A stretch of 64,000 nucleotides of DNA from a virus (taxonomy: Duplodnaviria; Caudoviricetes). The position numbers were made by a program, and so were the translations under genes. The notes under the pieces were generated by a model that searched no databases, was not told the origin of the DNA, and saw only the letters and a program-made list of their open reading frames with translations. The stretch lies in the IMG/VR virus record IMGVR_UViG_3300042885_001472. One strand, written 5' to 3'. Positions 1 to 10,498 of this stretch are shown one piece after another. Each line of letters begins with the position of its first letter. The stretch's first letter is position 1.

Positions 1-2
1 AT

Positions 3-1703
3 AGAAAACCCAAAAAAGCTGGTGGGTGGAGTGTATCATCATCTGTTGAATATAAAAAAATATTACCAGATGGTACAGAGGAAGATTTAAAAGGTGAACA
101 AACACAAGACACCACTAAAAAAATCGCTGAAGCCATAGGTAGTGAAAGTGATTTTATGGCCACGATTATAGCTACCGGTGATAACCTTACAGATTTAATT
201 GATTCTAAACCAACAGAGAGGGGTAAAACACTAACCAAATTTATTGGACTTGAAGTGTTAGATGATAAAGAAGAGATCGCCAAGAAAATGACATCAGAGT
301 TTAAAAAAACTATGAAGTCTAACATTTATAATATTGAAACGTTAAAGAATGAAATCATTAACAATGGTCTTACGATTGAAAACTTAGGTGTATCAAATTA
401 TGATACTAATAAAAGTTTGGAAGAATCCATTAAAACGATTGAAGAATTGAACTACGAGAGAGATGGGTTACTATCTAAAAAAGTTCAAATAGATCCTGAG
501 ATTTTAAAATTAAACCCTGAGACATTAAAAACTGATATTGGTTTATTAACTAAAAATGGTGTTAATAAAAAAGCGGAATTAGATACTATTATTAAAGAAT
601 TAGAAACTTTAGGTAAATCAACATATGATGAAGATGGACATAAAAAAACTAAAGATAGTAGGAATGAAGTAGAACTTTCTAGGAGGGGTAATATTAGTGA
701 GATTAATAAATTAAGTAGTCACATTAAAGCTCTTAAAGAAGGTGAATTTTGTCCAACTTGTAAAAGATCATTAGAAGATGTTGACCATAGTAAAGAAATT
801 AGTGATAGTGAAAATAAATCTATTGAATTAACTAAAATTAATGAGGGGTTAGTAATTGAATTAGGTGAACTAGATCTATTGATTAGTCGATATGATGTTC
901 AAAAATCCGAATCAGATTCTATTGATAGAAAATCTTTAATGAAAGATAAGATTGAAGTTGATTTAGAACGAATGAGAGTAACCCTTAAAGAGAAGAATAA
1001 TCAACTTAAGGAGTATGAGAGAAACACTGAATTTATTGATTCCAATCAAAAATTAGAAAGTCAGTTAACCGGAGTTAATTCAAGGATTAGAATGGTCGAT
1101 ATTGATAAGAATAATTTTATGAAACTAATTGAAAAAAATAATAATGAAATCATTAGATTAGAAGAGTCAACAATTGATAAAACCAAATTAATAGAAACCA
1201 TTAGGAAAGAATTAGATGTTGAAAAAATATTTGACATCTATTGTAAAATGATTGGTAAAAATGGAATTGGTAAGTTAGTTTTAAGATCTGTAATACCAAT
1301 TATTAATTCAGAGATTCAACAAATGTTAGATGGGGCTTGTGATTTTGAATTGGAATTAAATGTTAATGATAAGAATGAGGTTGAATTCCTGATCATAAAA
1401 AACTTTATACCTAAATTGGTTAAGTCTGGGTCTGGGTTTGAGAAAACATTAGCGGCTTTAGCTCTTAGATTAGTATTAGGTAAAGTTTCTACACTACCTA
1501 AACCAAATATCATAGTATTGGATGAGGTATTGGGTAAAGTGGCTGATGAGAATTTATCTTTAATGAGACCATTTTTTGAAAAAATTAAAAGTAGTTTTGA
1601 TAGTATCTTATTGATAACACATAGAGAATTGGTGAGAGATTGGGCTGACAACATTTTAATGATTAAAAAAGAAAATGATGTTTCATCTATAGTTTCAATT
1701 TAA
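3..1703 (+). CDS. sbcC: SbcC/Rad50/T4 gp46-like recombination ATPase, 5'-truncated by the window edge
   Basis: Frame is open upstream of the track start at 156. Zinc hook CPTC, long coiled coil, signature KSGSGFE, Walker B IIVLDE, H-loop LITH. Confidence 0.9.
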   Translation, partial: RKPKKAGGWSVSSSVEYKKILPDGTEEDLKGEQTQDTTKKIAEAIGSESDFMATIIATGDNLTDLIDSKPTERGKTLTKFIGLEVLDDKEEIAKKMTSEFKKTMKSNIYNIETLKNEIINNGLTIENLGVSNYDTNKSLEESIKTIEELNYERDGLLSKKVQIDPEILKLNPETLKTDIGLLTKNGVNKKAELDTIIKELETLGKSTYDEDGHKKTKDSRNEVELSRRGNISEINKLSSHIKALKEGEFCPTCKRSLEDVDHSKEISDSENKSIELTKINEGLVIELGELDLLISRYDVQKSESDSIDRKSLMKDKIEVDLERMRVTLKEKNNQLKEYERNTEFIDSNQKLESQLTGVNSRIRMVDIDKNNFMKLIEKNNNEIIRLEESTIDKTKLIETIRKELDVEKIFDIYCKMIGKNGIGKLVLRSVIPIINSEIQQMLDGACDFELELNVNDKNEVEFLIIKNFIPKLVKSGSGFEKTLAALALRLVLGKVSTLPKPNIIVLDEVLGKVADENLSLMRPFFEKIKSSFDSILLITHRELVRDWADNILMIKKENDVSSIVSI

Positions 1704-1710
1704 ATAATTT

Positions 1711-1911
1711 ATGGAAGTAAAACAAAAAATTGAAAAAATTATTGGCTCTTTTGATAATAGAGCTGAAGTCGTATCCAACCTGGATAAATTATTTAAAAAC
1801 AATCATCTACAACTTATAGAAGAGATCGGTGGTTCTTTAGATAAAAGGAGTCCGGATTACAATAGAATTGTTAATAGATTACTATCAATAAAGATGGATA
1901 TCACTAAATAA
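1711..1911 (+). CDS. hypothetical protein
   Basis: 66-aa ORF tightly following the ATPase. Confidence 0.6.
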   Translation: MEVKQKIEKIIGSFDNRAEVVSNLDKLFKNNHLQLIEEIGGSLDKRSPDYNRIVNRLLSIKMDITK

Positions 1912-1934
1912 AATATTACAAAAAAATAAATAAA

Positions 1935-2162
1935 ATGGGAGAAATTTATACAAACATCGTTTATCAAAAACCAGTTCCAATTAGTGAATTTAAACCAACA
2001 TCACCAATGATTAATCCAATTACTTATGAATTAATAAACCCAGAATCATGGGAAGATGGTTTATATTTATCACCAAATTTAATGGATGAAAATCTAAAGA
2101 TAAATATGGTATTTGAAGTAAAGGATAAAAAAGTGGTTAGAGTATATAAATCGAAGGTATGA
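1935..2162 (+). CDS. hypothetical protein
   Basis: 75-aa ORF with A-rich leader; ends just before the first array site. Confidence 0.65.
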   Translation: MGEIYTNIVYQKPVPISEFKPTSPMINPITYELINPESWEDGLYLSPNLMDENLKINMVFEVKDKKVVRVYKSKV

Positions 2163-2379
2163 TGTAGTATTGGTTATAACGGTTGGATATTGGCTTTCTA
2201 ACCATTTATATAATGCCAAAATGAGCTAATATTTTGTTAGTATTTCGTTTACTTTTACTTTTTTAGGGGTCCATTATAAAATTAAACTATCTGATTTATA
2301 GCACTTTACAAAAATAATGTAAATATATGAGATGTATATAATATATATAATGTATATTTACACTATAAAACTAAACAAT

Positions 2380-2661
2380 ATGAGAAATTTAATATCAGTA
2401 AGCAATCAAACAGTAAGAGTAGGTAACTTTATTATTAGCAATGTTGCAGAATATGTTTTAGATAATGGAAATAACCAAATAGAATTTAAACTTGTTTCTG
2501 CTACTGACAATTTAGATATGGTTGTCTTAAAAAGTTTAGGTATTAAAAAGGTAGAGTTTAATGCAATGAATAATAACCACATTGATAAATTTATTGAAGG
2601 GTCAAAACAAGTTTATTTCACAAATGATTTTTTTAATTCATTAATAAAATTAACAGTATAG
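2380..2661 (+). CDS. hypothetical cassette protein
   Basis: ATG 2380 (MRNLIS) preferred over the track start at 2332. Confidence 0.65.
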   Translation: MRNLISVSNQTVRVGNFIISNVAEYVLDNGNNQIEFKLVSATDNLDMVVLKSLGIKKVEFNAMNNNHIDKFIEGSKQVYFTNDFFNSLIKLTV

Positions 2662-2891
2662 TAAAATGAAAAAACTTACTAAAATACTTCAAAGTTTAAA
2701 TCGCTTTGCAATCGGTTTGATTTGTAACAATGTCTACCGAAACGCTAATAACAAAGATAACTGCTTAATGGACTTTTGCAAAGAAAAATAATAAATGTCT
2801 ACCGTTTTTGCAAAAGCTTATACGTCTGCCAAACTGTTGCCAAAGCGTGTGTTATGTGACGTTTTTTTATTAATAAACTAAAATTAAAATT

Positions 2892-3089
2892 ATGGAAATA
2901 GGAAAATTAAAAGTAGTATTCATTCTGTCTAATGGTCAAACTTTGACAATTAAATGTAAAAAGTTTAGTATGACAAAACTTAGCGGAACAAAAGGTGAAA
3001 GGGAAATTTCGGTTGAAGGAGCTGATAGAATATGGTCTGTTGACTTAGATGAGGTAGTGGGAATAACTGCTAGATGGTGTCTACTTTAA
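2892..3089 (+). CDS. hypothetical cassette protein
   Basis: Sole ORF of unit 2851-3102. Confidence 0.7.
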   Translation: MEIGKLKVVFILSNGQTLTIKCKKFSMTKLSGTKGEREISVEGADRIWSVDLDEVVGITARWCLL

Positions 3090-3256
3090 AATGACACATA
3101 ACGGTTGCAAATATAAAACGTTTATTAAACTAAACTTAAATTGAAAAACAGAATATAAATATAAACACAACAATAAATTTGGAACACTGGAATAAATGTT
3201 TTATATTTGTTGTTATAAGTATGTATTATTTTTTAAACACTAAATTAAATAGAATT

Positions 3257-3463
3257 ATGAAAGACATTAAAGAAATGGAAGTAGAAGAACTTCGCAAAGA
3301 AATGGACGAACTTTGGGGATATTTATATATGACAAGAGAAGTCGGTGCTTATGATAAATTTGAGTGGAACGGATTAGATTATTGGGATGCTGATAGAAGA
3401 CATCACAAAGTATCACAAGAAGTTCTTCTACGGAGTATATTAGAACTCACTGATAAAAAATAA
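3257..3463 (+). CDS. hypothetical cassette protein
   Basis: ATG 3257 (MKDIKE), inside unit 3212-3476. Confidence 0.7.
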   Translation: MKDIKEMEVEELRKEMDELWGYLYMTREVGAYDKFEWNGLDYWDADRRHHKVSQEVLLRSILELTDKK

Positions 3464-3537
3464 TATTACCTATAACGATTTGCGTATATACGCAGTGCTA
3501 ACGAAAATTTAATTTGAAATACAAAATTTAATAATAT

Positions 3538-3729
3538 ATGAAAACTTTAATTGGAAAAATGAAAGCATTGCGTATATACGCTGTTATAAGCAGTGCTTTT
3601 AAACACGATTGTTGGATGAACAAGAAAATGGTATCAGCTTCTTATTTCAAAGATGGTGATAGCAGTGTAATATTTTCAACTGGTAAAAAATATTGTTGTG
3701 AAAAATGTGGGAATCAGTGGTCTGAATAG
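3538..3729 (+). CDS. small Cys-containing cassette protein; starts inside a hairpin loop
   Basis: HDC...CCEKCG. ATG lies in the loop of hairpin 3473-3586. Confidence 0.7.
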   Translation: MKTLIGKMKALRIYAVISSAFKHDCWMNKKMVSASYFKDGDSSVIFSTGKKYCCEKCGNQWSE

Positions 3730-3833
3730 CATTGCTTATAACGTTTTGCAGCTAATAAATCGGCTTGCTGTTTATTAGGTGCGGTTATAGGTATGTGTTT
3801 TTTGCGTAGGAATTAACAACTAAAATTATAAAT

Positions 3834-4001
3834 ATGAAAATTAAAATTAAAACCGAAAAAGTAGAATTTGAATTTGATGATGAGAAAATTTTTCAAATGG
3901 GAAATTATTTTGAAAAGGAAAATAAAGCTGTTTTAGAATTTCTAAAGGAGTGTATTCAAAAGGTAAGTGAGGAATCGATTAAAATTAATAAACGTGAGTA
4001 G
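3834..4001 (+). CDS. hypothetical cassette protein (55 aa, not in the ORF track)
   Basis: MKIKIKTEKVEFEF...KRE*, sole ORF of unit 3784-4029. Confidence 0.65.
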   Translation: MKIKIKTEKVEFEFDDEKIFQMGNYFEKENKAVLEFLKECIQKVSEESIKINKRE

Positions 4002-4086
4002 TGCGGTGGGTAAAAACATTACCTATAACGGTTTGCAGCTTTGAGCCGTTTAAACGAATATTAATTTAAAACAATAATTAACGAAT

Positions 4087-4314
4087 ATGAAAAATGAAAC
4101 AATAAAAAATGGCTTAAAGGTGCTGTTAGTAGCTGTTATTTTTTGCGGTTGTGATACTACTGTAAGGAAAAATTTAACAGGTGAAAAATATTTTGGAAGT
4201 GATATAGAAGTGCTTGTAGTCGATAGTTGTGAGTATCTGATTTTTGCTTCTGGTACGAGAAGTGTAACGCATAAGGGGAACTGTAAATATTGTGCAGAAC
4301 GTAGCAAAAAATAA
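4087..4314 (+). CDS. putative lipoprotein, cassette family A copy 1
   Basis: Lys-rich N-terminus, LLVAVIFCGC lipobox-like motif, HKGNCKYC; paralog of 13897-14160. Confidence 0.7.
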   Translation: MKNETIKNGLKVLLVAVIFCGCDTTVRKNLTGEKYFGSDIEVLVVDSCEYLIFASGTRSVTHKGNCKYCAERSKK

Positions 4315-4430
4315 TTGCTACTAACGGTTGAGGCTATGAGTAGTTGCCTTGTAAATACTGCTCAATTAACCACAAACGCTGATAGGCAATTGCTTATAGC
4401 CTTTGTTATAGGTTGTAAAATTTATGGATT

Positions 4431-4673
4431 ATGAAAGTAACAGATTTTATTGGAGTGAAAGCTAAATACGATGAAGATGGACAATTTATTTGGGGAATTG
4501 AAAAGGATGGTGGACATCAAAAACTTGCTGATTTAAGAGGTTGGGGAGCAATTCAAAACTTATTCATCAATAAGGATAAAACTATTGATTTAGATGCAGC
4601 AGCAAGTTTTCAAGATGAATTTGGCAGATGGATTGTCGAGGCTATAAACGAGAAATTGGAATGGGAACGGTAG
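4431..4673 (+). CDS. hypothetical cassette protein
   Basis: Sole ORF of unit 4405-4693. Confidence 0.75.
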   Translation: MKVTDFIGVKAKYDEDGQFIWGIEKDGGHQKLADLRGWGAIQNLFINKDKTIDLDAAASFQDEFGRWIVEAINEKLEWER

Positions 4674-4814
4674 TAAATTTTATTACCTATAACGGTTGGC
4701 GATTGGTGTCTGTTATTTTGCCTTGCAGACATTTCAATTTTACGATAAACTTAATAGGCAAAATTATAGCACCAATTGCTTGTTAGCAGTATGTGTTTTT
4801 AAACTTTTTTAGCG

Positions 4815-5009
4815 ATGGCAGGATTAAATTATGGAAACTCTTTTACAAAAAAAAGAGGTATGTATAAAAATAAAAAGGTTGGAGTTAGTTACGCTGAGTT
4901 GGCGGATAAATGGATTGTAAGAATATTAAAAAATGGAACAGTAACAACAATTGCACAATTTAAAACAAAGGAGGAAACGGATGAATATTACGGTGCGTTG
5001 GCAGTTTAA
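4815..5009 (+). CDS. possible AP2-like DNA-binding cassette protein
   Basis: GVSY...KWIVRI...F.T.EE pattern resembles an AP2 domain; unit 4782-5025. Confidence 0.45.
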   Translation: MAGLNYGNSFTKKRGMYKNKKVGVSYAELADKWIVRILKNGTVTTIAQFKTKEETDEYYGALAV

Positions 5010-5076
5010 AAACATTACTGCTAACGTTTTGCAGCTAAACTTAGTTTATTAACCGAATTTAAAACACAATGTAATT

Positions 5077-5325
5077 ATGGAATACAAATCAGAAGATTTT
5101 ATATCATTTATAGAGAATAACAGACGAGATAAGGTAAGCCCTAACGGACTTGAATTAATTGCTAAACGTTTTAGGGAACTGGAATGCGAGGTTAATAAAT
5201 TGAGTTTAGCTGCTGTTAGCGGTTCGTTGAGTAGTAAATGTTTTACGTTAGCGAATGAATTGGCAATAGCTGGTTATGGAAACGAAGCCGTTATGTTACA
5301 CTCAATTAGTAATTCAATACAATGA
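5077..5325 (+). CDS. hypothetical protein; N-terminal ~45 codons lie in a hairpin loop and arm
   Basis: Reads through the right arm of hairpin 5022-5218 (KLSLAAVSGSL). Confidence 0.7.
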   Translation: MEYKSEDFISFIENNRRDKVSPNGLELIAKRFRELECEVNKLSLAAVSGSLSSKCFTLANELAIAGYGNEAVMLHSISNSIQ

Positions 5326-5422
5326 CCGCTAACGTTATCGAGCCTTGCACAGCTAAGGTGTCGCCCGGGTTGGGTTATAGGTAGGTTGTAACGAATGTTT
5401 AATTAATACACAATTTAAAAAT

Positions 5423-5683
5423 ATGGAAAATACAGATTTAATAGGAGAAGATTTTTATCAAATAGAAAAACAAAAAGGTAATATTTTAGATGTAAATAGT
5501 GCTATGGCTTTTAAAATAGCTTGGGATTATGCAATTGGTTATCATAAAAATAAGGTTAAAATAATAGAATTAGAGCTATTAAAATACAAAGAATTAGAAA
5601 AAAAAGTTCGTGAAATTTCTGATAATATTAATACTAAGCAAAGTATATCTTATTGCGTTATGGAACATTTTAAAATTATATAA
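5423..5683 (+). CDS. hypothetical cassette protein
   Basis: Unit 5374-5722. Confidence 0.7.
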   Translation: MENTDLIGEDFYQIEKQKGNILDVNSAMAFKIAWDYAIGYHKNKVKIIELELLKYKELEKKVREISDNINTKQSISYCVMEHFKII

Positions 5684-5834
5684 TCAAAAATGTTTCTAAA
5701 TGATACACAACTTACCTATAACGTTTTCGAGCTAAGCCCTCGTTTTAATGGGGCTTAGGTTGTGTTACCTGCTGGCGGCAGAGAAATGTTGCTATAAGAC
5801 TTTAATATAAAAAATAACTTAAAATAAATATAAA

Positions 5835-6305
5835 ATGGAAAGAAGCGATTTTAGAATCATAGAAAGACTGAACTCATTTGGTAAATCTGAATTTATTATC
5901 CAACATAAAAAACATAAAATGGTTGGAGGTTTCTTCGGACTATTTGGTGGTACTATGCAAGATGTATGGGAAGACTTCTACCTAGAAGTATATGAATGCT
6001 ATGTAAACGACCAACACAGATTTCATAAATATCTATTTATACAAAATTGGAAAGAAAATACAGAAGAAGAAATTGAGTTCTATATAGAACACTTCAATAG
6101 AAAACCAATTGAGTATAGAGGATATAAATTAATTCCGATTGTTTCATACTTTGGTCAAAAATGCCTAACCTATTATGACCCTAAATCATTTTGTAGAAGA
6201 GGTAATTACAACTATGGTTATAGAATATATAGTAGTGAATATGAATCCAAGAAGTATATAGATGATAAATTAGATAAAGGCAGAATATTAAATATTTATG
6301 AATAA
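5835..6305 (+). CDS. hypothetical cassette protein
   Basis: Unit 5764-6398. Confidence 0.75.
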   Translation: MERSDFRIIERLNSFGKSEFIIQHKKHKMVGGFFGLFGGTMQDVWEDFYLEVYECYVNDQHRFHKYLFIQNWKENTEEEIEFYIEHFNRKPIEYRGYKLIPIVSYFGQKCLTYYDPKSFCRRGNYNYGYRIYSSEYESKKYIDDKLDKGRILNIYE

Positions 6306-6394
6306 TATGAAGATTCCAATAGGTGAAAATGAAATAGTTTAGATTTTTTTAACGGCACATACAAAACTATTTCAAAGTAGCTACCGCTTGCAGG

Positions 6395-6471
6395 TAACTA
6401 TTATATATAAACAAGTATAGTCTAAACCCTTTAATAACAATACTTTGAACCAAAAAATTATAAAGATTTGT
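6395..6471. repeat. conserved array-terminal site, copy 1 (candidate attI-like site)
   Basis: 73/77 identical to 16134-16210 by manual alignment. Confidence 0.85.
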
Positions 6472-6542
6472 AAATAAAAGTTTAATTATCTTTTAAAGAT
6501 GAAAATCACTAAATAAAATTAGGAAAATATAAATTAATATGT

Positions 6543-6550
6543 TATCTTTG
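6543..6550 (+). promoter_or_regulatory. Bacteroidota-type -7 promoter element TAnnTTTG (representative copy)
   Basis: Also at 11863, 27317, 32772, 36176 and 61369, and on the minus strand upstream of minus-strand genes. Confidence 0.65.
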
Positions 6551-6565
6551 TAAAAAATATATGTT

Positions 6566-7024
6566 ATGGAAAGTTTAGATGTTAAAAATTTTTGTTTAGT
6601 TATATTAGGTAAACAAAATGACGTTAAAAAAGAGTTAGAATTTATTTCTGAAGGACCAATAAATTATGTTGAGGGAAAATATTTATTCATCGCAACTTTT
6701 AAATCAACATTGTTCGCGAAGGATATTGAAATCTTTTTAAGTAGTTCCAATATAAATTATATCTTATCTGAAATGGTTTCTTCATTATTTTCGGCTGATC
6801 TTGGTGAGTTTAATTCAGCACTATTTAATTTAAATCAAAATACTAATATTTTTGAGAAAAAAATTGTTGTAGATTATACTGGAACTGAAGAAGCTGTAAT
6901 TATTGATGAAGAAGATGAAAATTTAACTTTAGATGAATTATTGGATTTAGTGTCTGAAATAGGATTGGATAAATTAACAAGTAAACAAAAAGAACTTTTA
7001 AATAAATTTTCACTAAATAAATAA
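6566..7024 (+). CDS. hypothetical protein
   Basis: 152-aa ORF co-oriented with the sigma factor. Confidence 0.75.
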   Translation: MESLDVKNFCLVILGKQNDVKKELEFISEGPINYVEGKYLFIATFKSTLFAKDIEIFLSSSNINYILSEMVSSLFSADLGEFNSALFNLNQNTNIFEKKIVVDYTGTEEAVIIDEEDENLTLDELLDLVSEIGLDKLTSKQKELLNKFSLNK

Positions 7025-7025
7025 T

Positions 7026-7835
7026 ATGGTAAATAAAAAATTCATTAATGGTCAAGAAGATTCAATTTCAAATTACCTTAAGGATGTAAAAAAGTGTGGT
7101 GTTATTAACACTGACACTGAAGTTGAATTAGCTAAAAGAATACAAGAAGGTGATCAAGTTGCCGCTGATGAATTGGCTAAAGCTAATCTTAGATTTGTTA
7201 TATCAATCGCCAAAGAATATCAAAATCAGGGATTACCATTAGCGGATTTAATTTCAGAAGGTAATTACGGATTGATTATAGCGGCTCAACGATTTGACTA
7301 TACAAAAGGGTTTAAATTTATTTCTTACGCTGTATGGTGGATAAAACAATCTATTATGCAGTCACTAAACGAACATTCCAGAACTGTTCGGTTACCAACT
7401 AATGTTATCAATAAACTTTCTAAAATTAAGAAAGAGATAGATGCGTTTGAGCAAAAGTTTGAAAGAAAACCAGTATTAGGTGATGAAATTGAAATGGTAT
7501 TCCACCCAACAGTGATATCGTTAAGTACAACAATAAATGATGATGGTGATGAGTTAATTGAAGTTATTGAAGATCCTAACATTAATAGTCCGGACAATGA
7601 TCCATATAATGAGTACGACATTAAAGAACGTATGAATAAAATTCTATCAATTCTTTCTGAAAGGGAGAAAAATGTGATTGAGTTATATTATGGTATAAAT
7701 GGATCACCTTTAACATTGGAAGAAATTGGTGAGGAATATGATTTAACTAAAGAAAGAATTCGTCAAATTAAAGAAAAATGTATCAGAAAACTTAGAAATA
7801 ATGCTGATGTCTTACAACAACAATTATTTGGATAA
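7026..7835 (+). CDS. RNA polymerase sigma-70 family factor (RpoD/RpoS-like)
   Basis: Region 2 ANLRFVISIAKEY, DLISEGN, FISYAVWWIKQ; region 4 HTH TLEEIG..LTKERIRQI. Confidence 0.95.
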   Translation: MVNKKFINGQEDSISNYLKDVKKCGVINTDTEVELAKRIQEGDQVAADELAKANLRFVISIAKEYQNQGLPLADLISEGNYGLIIAAQRFDYTKGFKFISYAVWWIKQSIMQSLNEHSRTVRLPTNVINKLSKIKKEIDAFEQKFERKPVLGDEIEMVFHPTVISLSTTINDDGDELIEVIEDPNINSPDNDPYNEYDIKERMNKILSILSEREKNVIELYYGINGSPLTLEEIGEEYDLTKERIRQIKEKCIRKLRNNADVLQQQLFG

Positions 7836-7980
7836 ATATGAATAAATTTAATGAGTGGTGGAACGAAGTTTTATTCGTTATTAATATTAGTATCTTTGAA
7901 ATATCTGTTGATAATGGAATGATTTGTTCATTGATATTGATAATTTTTGGATTAATGAGTTTATAAATAAAACAAATAAT

Positions 7981-8160
7981 ATGAAAAAAGACATTGAAAT
8001 TAGTGTAACTGAAACAAAATCAGTTGAACATGTTAGTTATGAAGAGTTGTATAACTCATTAAGAGATAGAATTAGATTAATTCAACAACTTAATGATAAA
8101 TACGAAAATGATGAAGATTTTGGTAGAAATTTAAGAAAATTATTGAATTTAGGTGGGTAA
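7981..8160 (+). CDS. hypothetical protein
   Basis: ATG 7981 (MKKDIE) preferred over the track start. Confidence 0.6.
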   Translation: MKKDIEISVTETKSVEHVSYEELYNSLRDRIRLIQQLNDKYENDEDFGRNLRKLLNLGG

Positions 8161-8247
8161 AAATATTGATACTAACGGTATCGGACTTGGCGATGTTGCC
8201 GAAAACAAATGTTAATTAGAATTACTAAACTTTAAATTATAGATAAA

Positions 8248-8544
8248 ATGTCAAACGAAGAAATGAACGGCAATATTGTCAAACCCGTGTTACCTGTTGT
8301 ACTTATTTGCGATTGCAGTAGCCGTGAACACCAAATTATCATTGAACACAACAATGAAGATAACTTAACCTACTGCCATATTCATTTGGTAAAACACGGC
8401 TTTTGGCGAAGATTGAAAGTTGGTTTAAAATACATATTTGGTTATAAATGTAGATACGGTCAATGGGATGAATTTATATTAAAACCCGAACACGCTAACC
8501 AGCTTCGTGAATTGTCGAATTTTCTTTCACAGCATAGCAGGTAA
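8248..8544 (+). CDS. hypothetical cassette protein; starts in a hairpin loop, stop overlaps TAAC
   Basis: CDC...H...H motif; TAA 8542-8544 is part of the TAAC core. Confidence 0.75.
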   Translation: MSNEEMNGNIVKPVLPVVLICDCSSREHQIIIEHNNEDNLTYCHIHLVKHGFWRRLKVGLKYIFGYKCRYGQWDEFILKPEHANQLRELSNFLSQHSR

Positions 8545-8665
8545 CGGTTGAGTAGTAAAAAATTCTAAAACTAAAAATTATGTATACAAAAGATTTATAT
8601 GGATTTAATCCAGTTACAATTGGCCAACACAGGTTGGTTATATTTATTTATTTATAACTAATAAC

Positions 8666-8965
8666 ATGAAAACTAAACAAGAAATAGAAAAGTTAGCTGA
8701 GCAATATTTACAAAAAAATAAACATAATTTTGATACTTGGAAAGAGATAGAACATGTTAAAATTAGTTATATAGATGCTTACACTCAATGCCAAGAAGAT
8801 GTAGATTGGGAATTATTAGTGAAGTTGATTAAAAGGTATACAGAAGAAGATTTACTTCACGCTTTTAGAGAAGGAGTTTTATTACCTAACTCACAAATTG
8901 GTATAATGGAAGATATATTTAAACAAGTAGTTCAATCACTAAACAAACAAGACAATGAAAACTAA
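8666..8965 (+). CDS. MKTKEEIEQLAE-family paralog 1
   Basis: Shared modules MKTK.EIE.LAE, YTQCQED and SLNKQD. Confidence 0.75.
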   Translation: MKTKQEIEKLAEQYLQKNKHNFDTWKEIEHVKISYIDAYTQCQEDVDWELLVKLIKRYTEEDLLHAFREGVLLPNSQIGIMEDIFKQVVQSLNKQDNEN

Positions 8966-9221
8966 AGAAGAAATAGAACAGTTAGCTGAAGAATTTGGGG
9001 ATAAATATGCTGATAACGGAAATCATAAATATGGTTTTATCAAAGGCTACACTCAATGCCAAGAAGATATGGCTGATAAGAAATCCACAGAGGAAGATAT
9101 TAGAAAGGCTATTGAAGTTGGTGTAAATGCAGAAGCCGGTGATTATCCAAAAGGTTTTACACACAAACTTGGAATTAGCTTAGAAGATTATTTTATTAAC
9201 TCACTAAACAAAAAAGACTAA
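8955..9221 (+). CDS. MKTKEEIEQLAE-family paralog 2
   Basis: Same shared modules. Confidence 0.75.
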   Translation: MKTKEEIEQLAEEFGDKYADNGNHKYGFIKGYTQCQEDMADKKSTEEDIRKAIEVGVNAEAGDYPKGFTHKLGISLEDYFINSLNKKD

Positions 9222-9222
9222 T

Positions 9223-9510
9223 ATGAAAAGCAAAGAAGAAATAGAACAGTTAGCTGAAAATCAATATCCAATTGAAGTAGGAGGTTCGATGTGGATGCCT
9301 AATACTAATGATATTAAAAAGGCTAATGAACAAGAAGGTTACATAAAAGGTTACATTCAATGCCAACAAGATATGGCTGATAAGAAATATACAAAGGCAC
9401 AAATTATATGGGTAATACAAGAAGCATACGGACACGGTAGAGATAGTGAAGACACTATTGAAGAAAGTATTGATTATATTTTTAACTCACTAAACAAACA
9501 AGACTTATGA
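9223..9510 (+). CDS. MKTKEEIEQLAE-family paralog 3
   Basis: Same shared modules. Confidence 0.75.
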   Translation: MKSKEEIEQLAENQYPIEVGGSMWMPNTNDIKKANEQEGYIKGYIQCQQDMADKKYTKAQIIWVIQEAYGHGRDSEDTIEESIDYIFNSLNKQDL

Positions 9511-9612
9511 TACAAAAGATTTATCTAAATGTAATTAGTTTTATATTTTTATTAATTGCAAAATTGATTATTAAATGTTTAGATTTTATCAACTCATTAA
9601 ACAAACAAAACA

Positions 9613-10497
9613 ATGACCAGTAAAGAAGTAATGGATGCAGCATTTAATTTAGCTAATAATAAACAAAAGACAATGAAAAACATACACATATTGCCAACGG
9701 ATAAACCAAGTATATTACATTTATATACTGATGAAAATGGCACAAGACTTGAAACTTTTGAAGTAGAATATTCACACACAAGAGATACTCAACACATCTA
9801 CATCACTTCTGATGAAGAAATTAAAGATGGAGATTGGTATTTAGACACCTTTAATAATCAAAGAATTAAAGCTAATGAATTTTCAGACCATAAACATTAC
9901 GGAAATGCTTGTAAAAAAATCATCCTAACAACAGACCAAGACTTAATTACAGATGGTGTTCAAGCTATTGATGATAAGTTTTTAGAATGGTTTGTAAATA
10001 ACAGTAGTTGTGAAAGTGTTGAGGTTGTAAAAGACGGTTTAAAAGTTAAAGAGGGAGGTATTCAAGAACTAATGGAAGATGAGTATTATCAAAAATTCCC
10101 AGAAGAGCTTCCAAACTGCGTTTTTATTGATAAATATGAAATCATCATTCCACAAGAAGAACCTAAACAAGAAACACTTGAAGAAGTTCAATTAGCTATT
10201 TTATTTCATAATACTTATGAGAATTTAGCACCAAATTTTGGTTATGAAACAAGAGCAGATACAAAATCATTTGAAACTACTACTCCAAATGGAATGTTAA
10301 TGATTGCTGTTTGTAAAGAAATAATTAAATGGCAACAAGAAAGAAGTTATAGTGAGGAAGAAGTAAAAGAAATAATTAAACTTTCTTGTGAAAAAGGTAT
10401 GCTGATTCAAAGAACTATAAATGATAAAGTTAAAATTCCATATACAAGAATAAAAGACTTTACGATTAAAATGTTGGAACAATTTAAAAAGAAATAG
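9613..10497 (+). CDS. hypothetical mosaic phage protein
   Basis: 294-aa ORF. Confidence 0.75.
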   Translation: MTSKEVMDAAFNLANNKQKTMKNIHILPTDKPSILHLYTDENGTRLETFEVEYSHTRDTQHIYITSDEEIKDGDWYLDTFNNQRIKANEFSDHKHYGNACKKIILTTDQDLITDGVQAIDDKFLEWFVNNSSCESVEVVKDGLKVKEGGIQELMEDEYYQKFPEELPNCVFIDKYEIIIPQEEPKQETLEEVQLAILFHNTYENLAPNFGYETRADTKSFETTTPNGMLMIAVCKEIIKWQQERSYSEEEVKEIIKLSCEKGMLIQRTINDKVKIPYTRIKDFTIKMLEQFKKK

Positions 10498-10498
10498 T

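Larger units (their letters stand above)
2164..6471 (+). mobile_element. integron-like gene cassette array 1
   Basis: TAAC...GTTA hairpins at 2177-2239, ~2697-2854 (degenerate), 3099-3215, 3473-3586, 3739-3787, 4026-4128, 4322-4408, 4690-4785, 5022-5218, 5330-5377 (weak) and 5719-5767. They separate single-gene units with self-complementary ends. Terminal site at 6395-6471. Confidence 0.85.
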
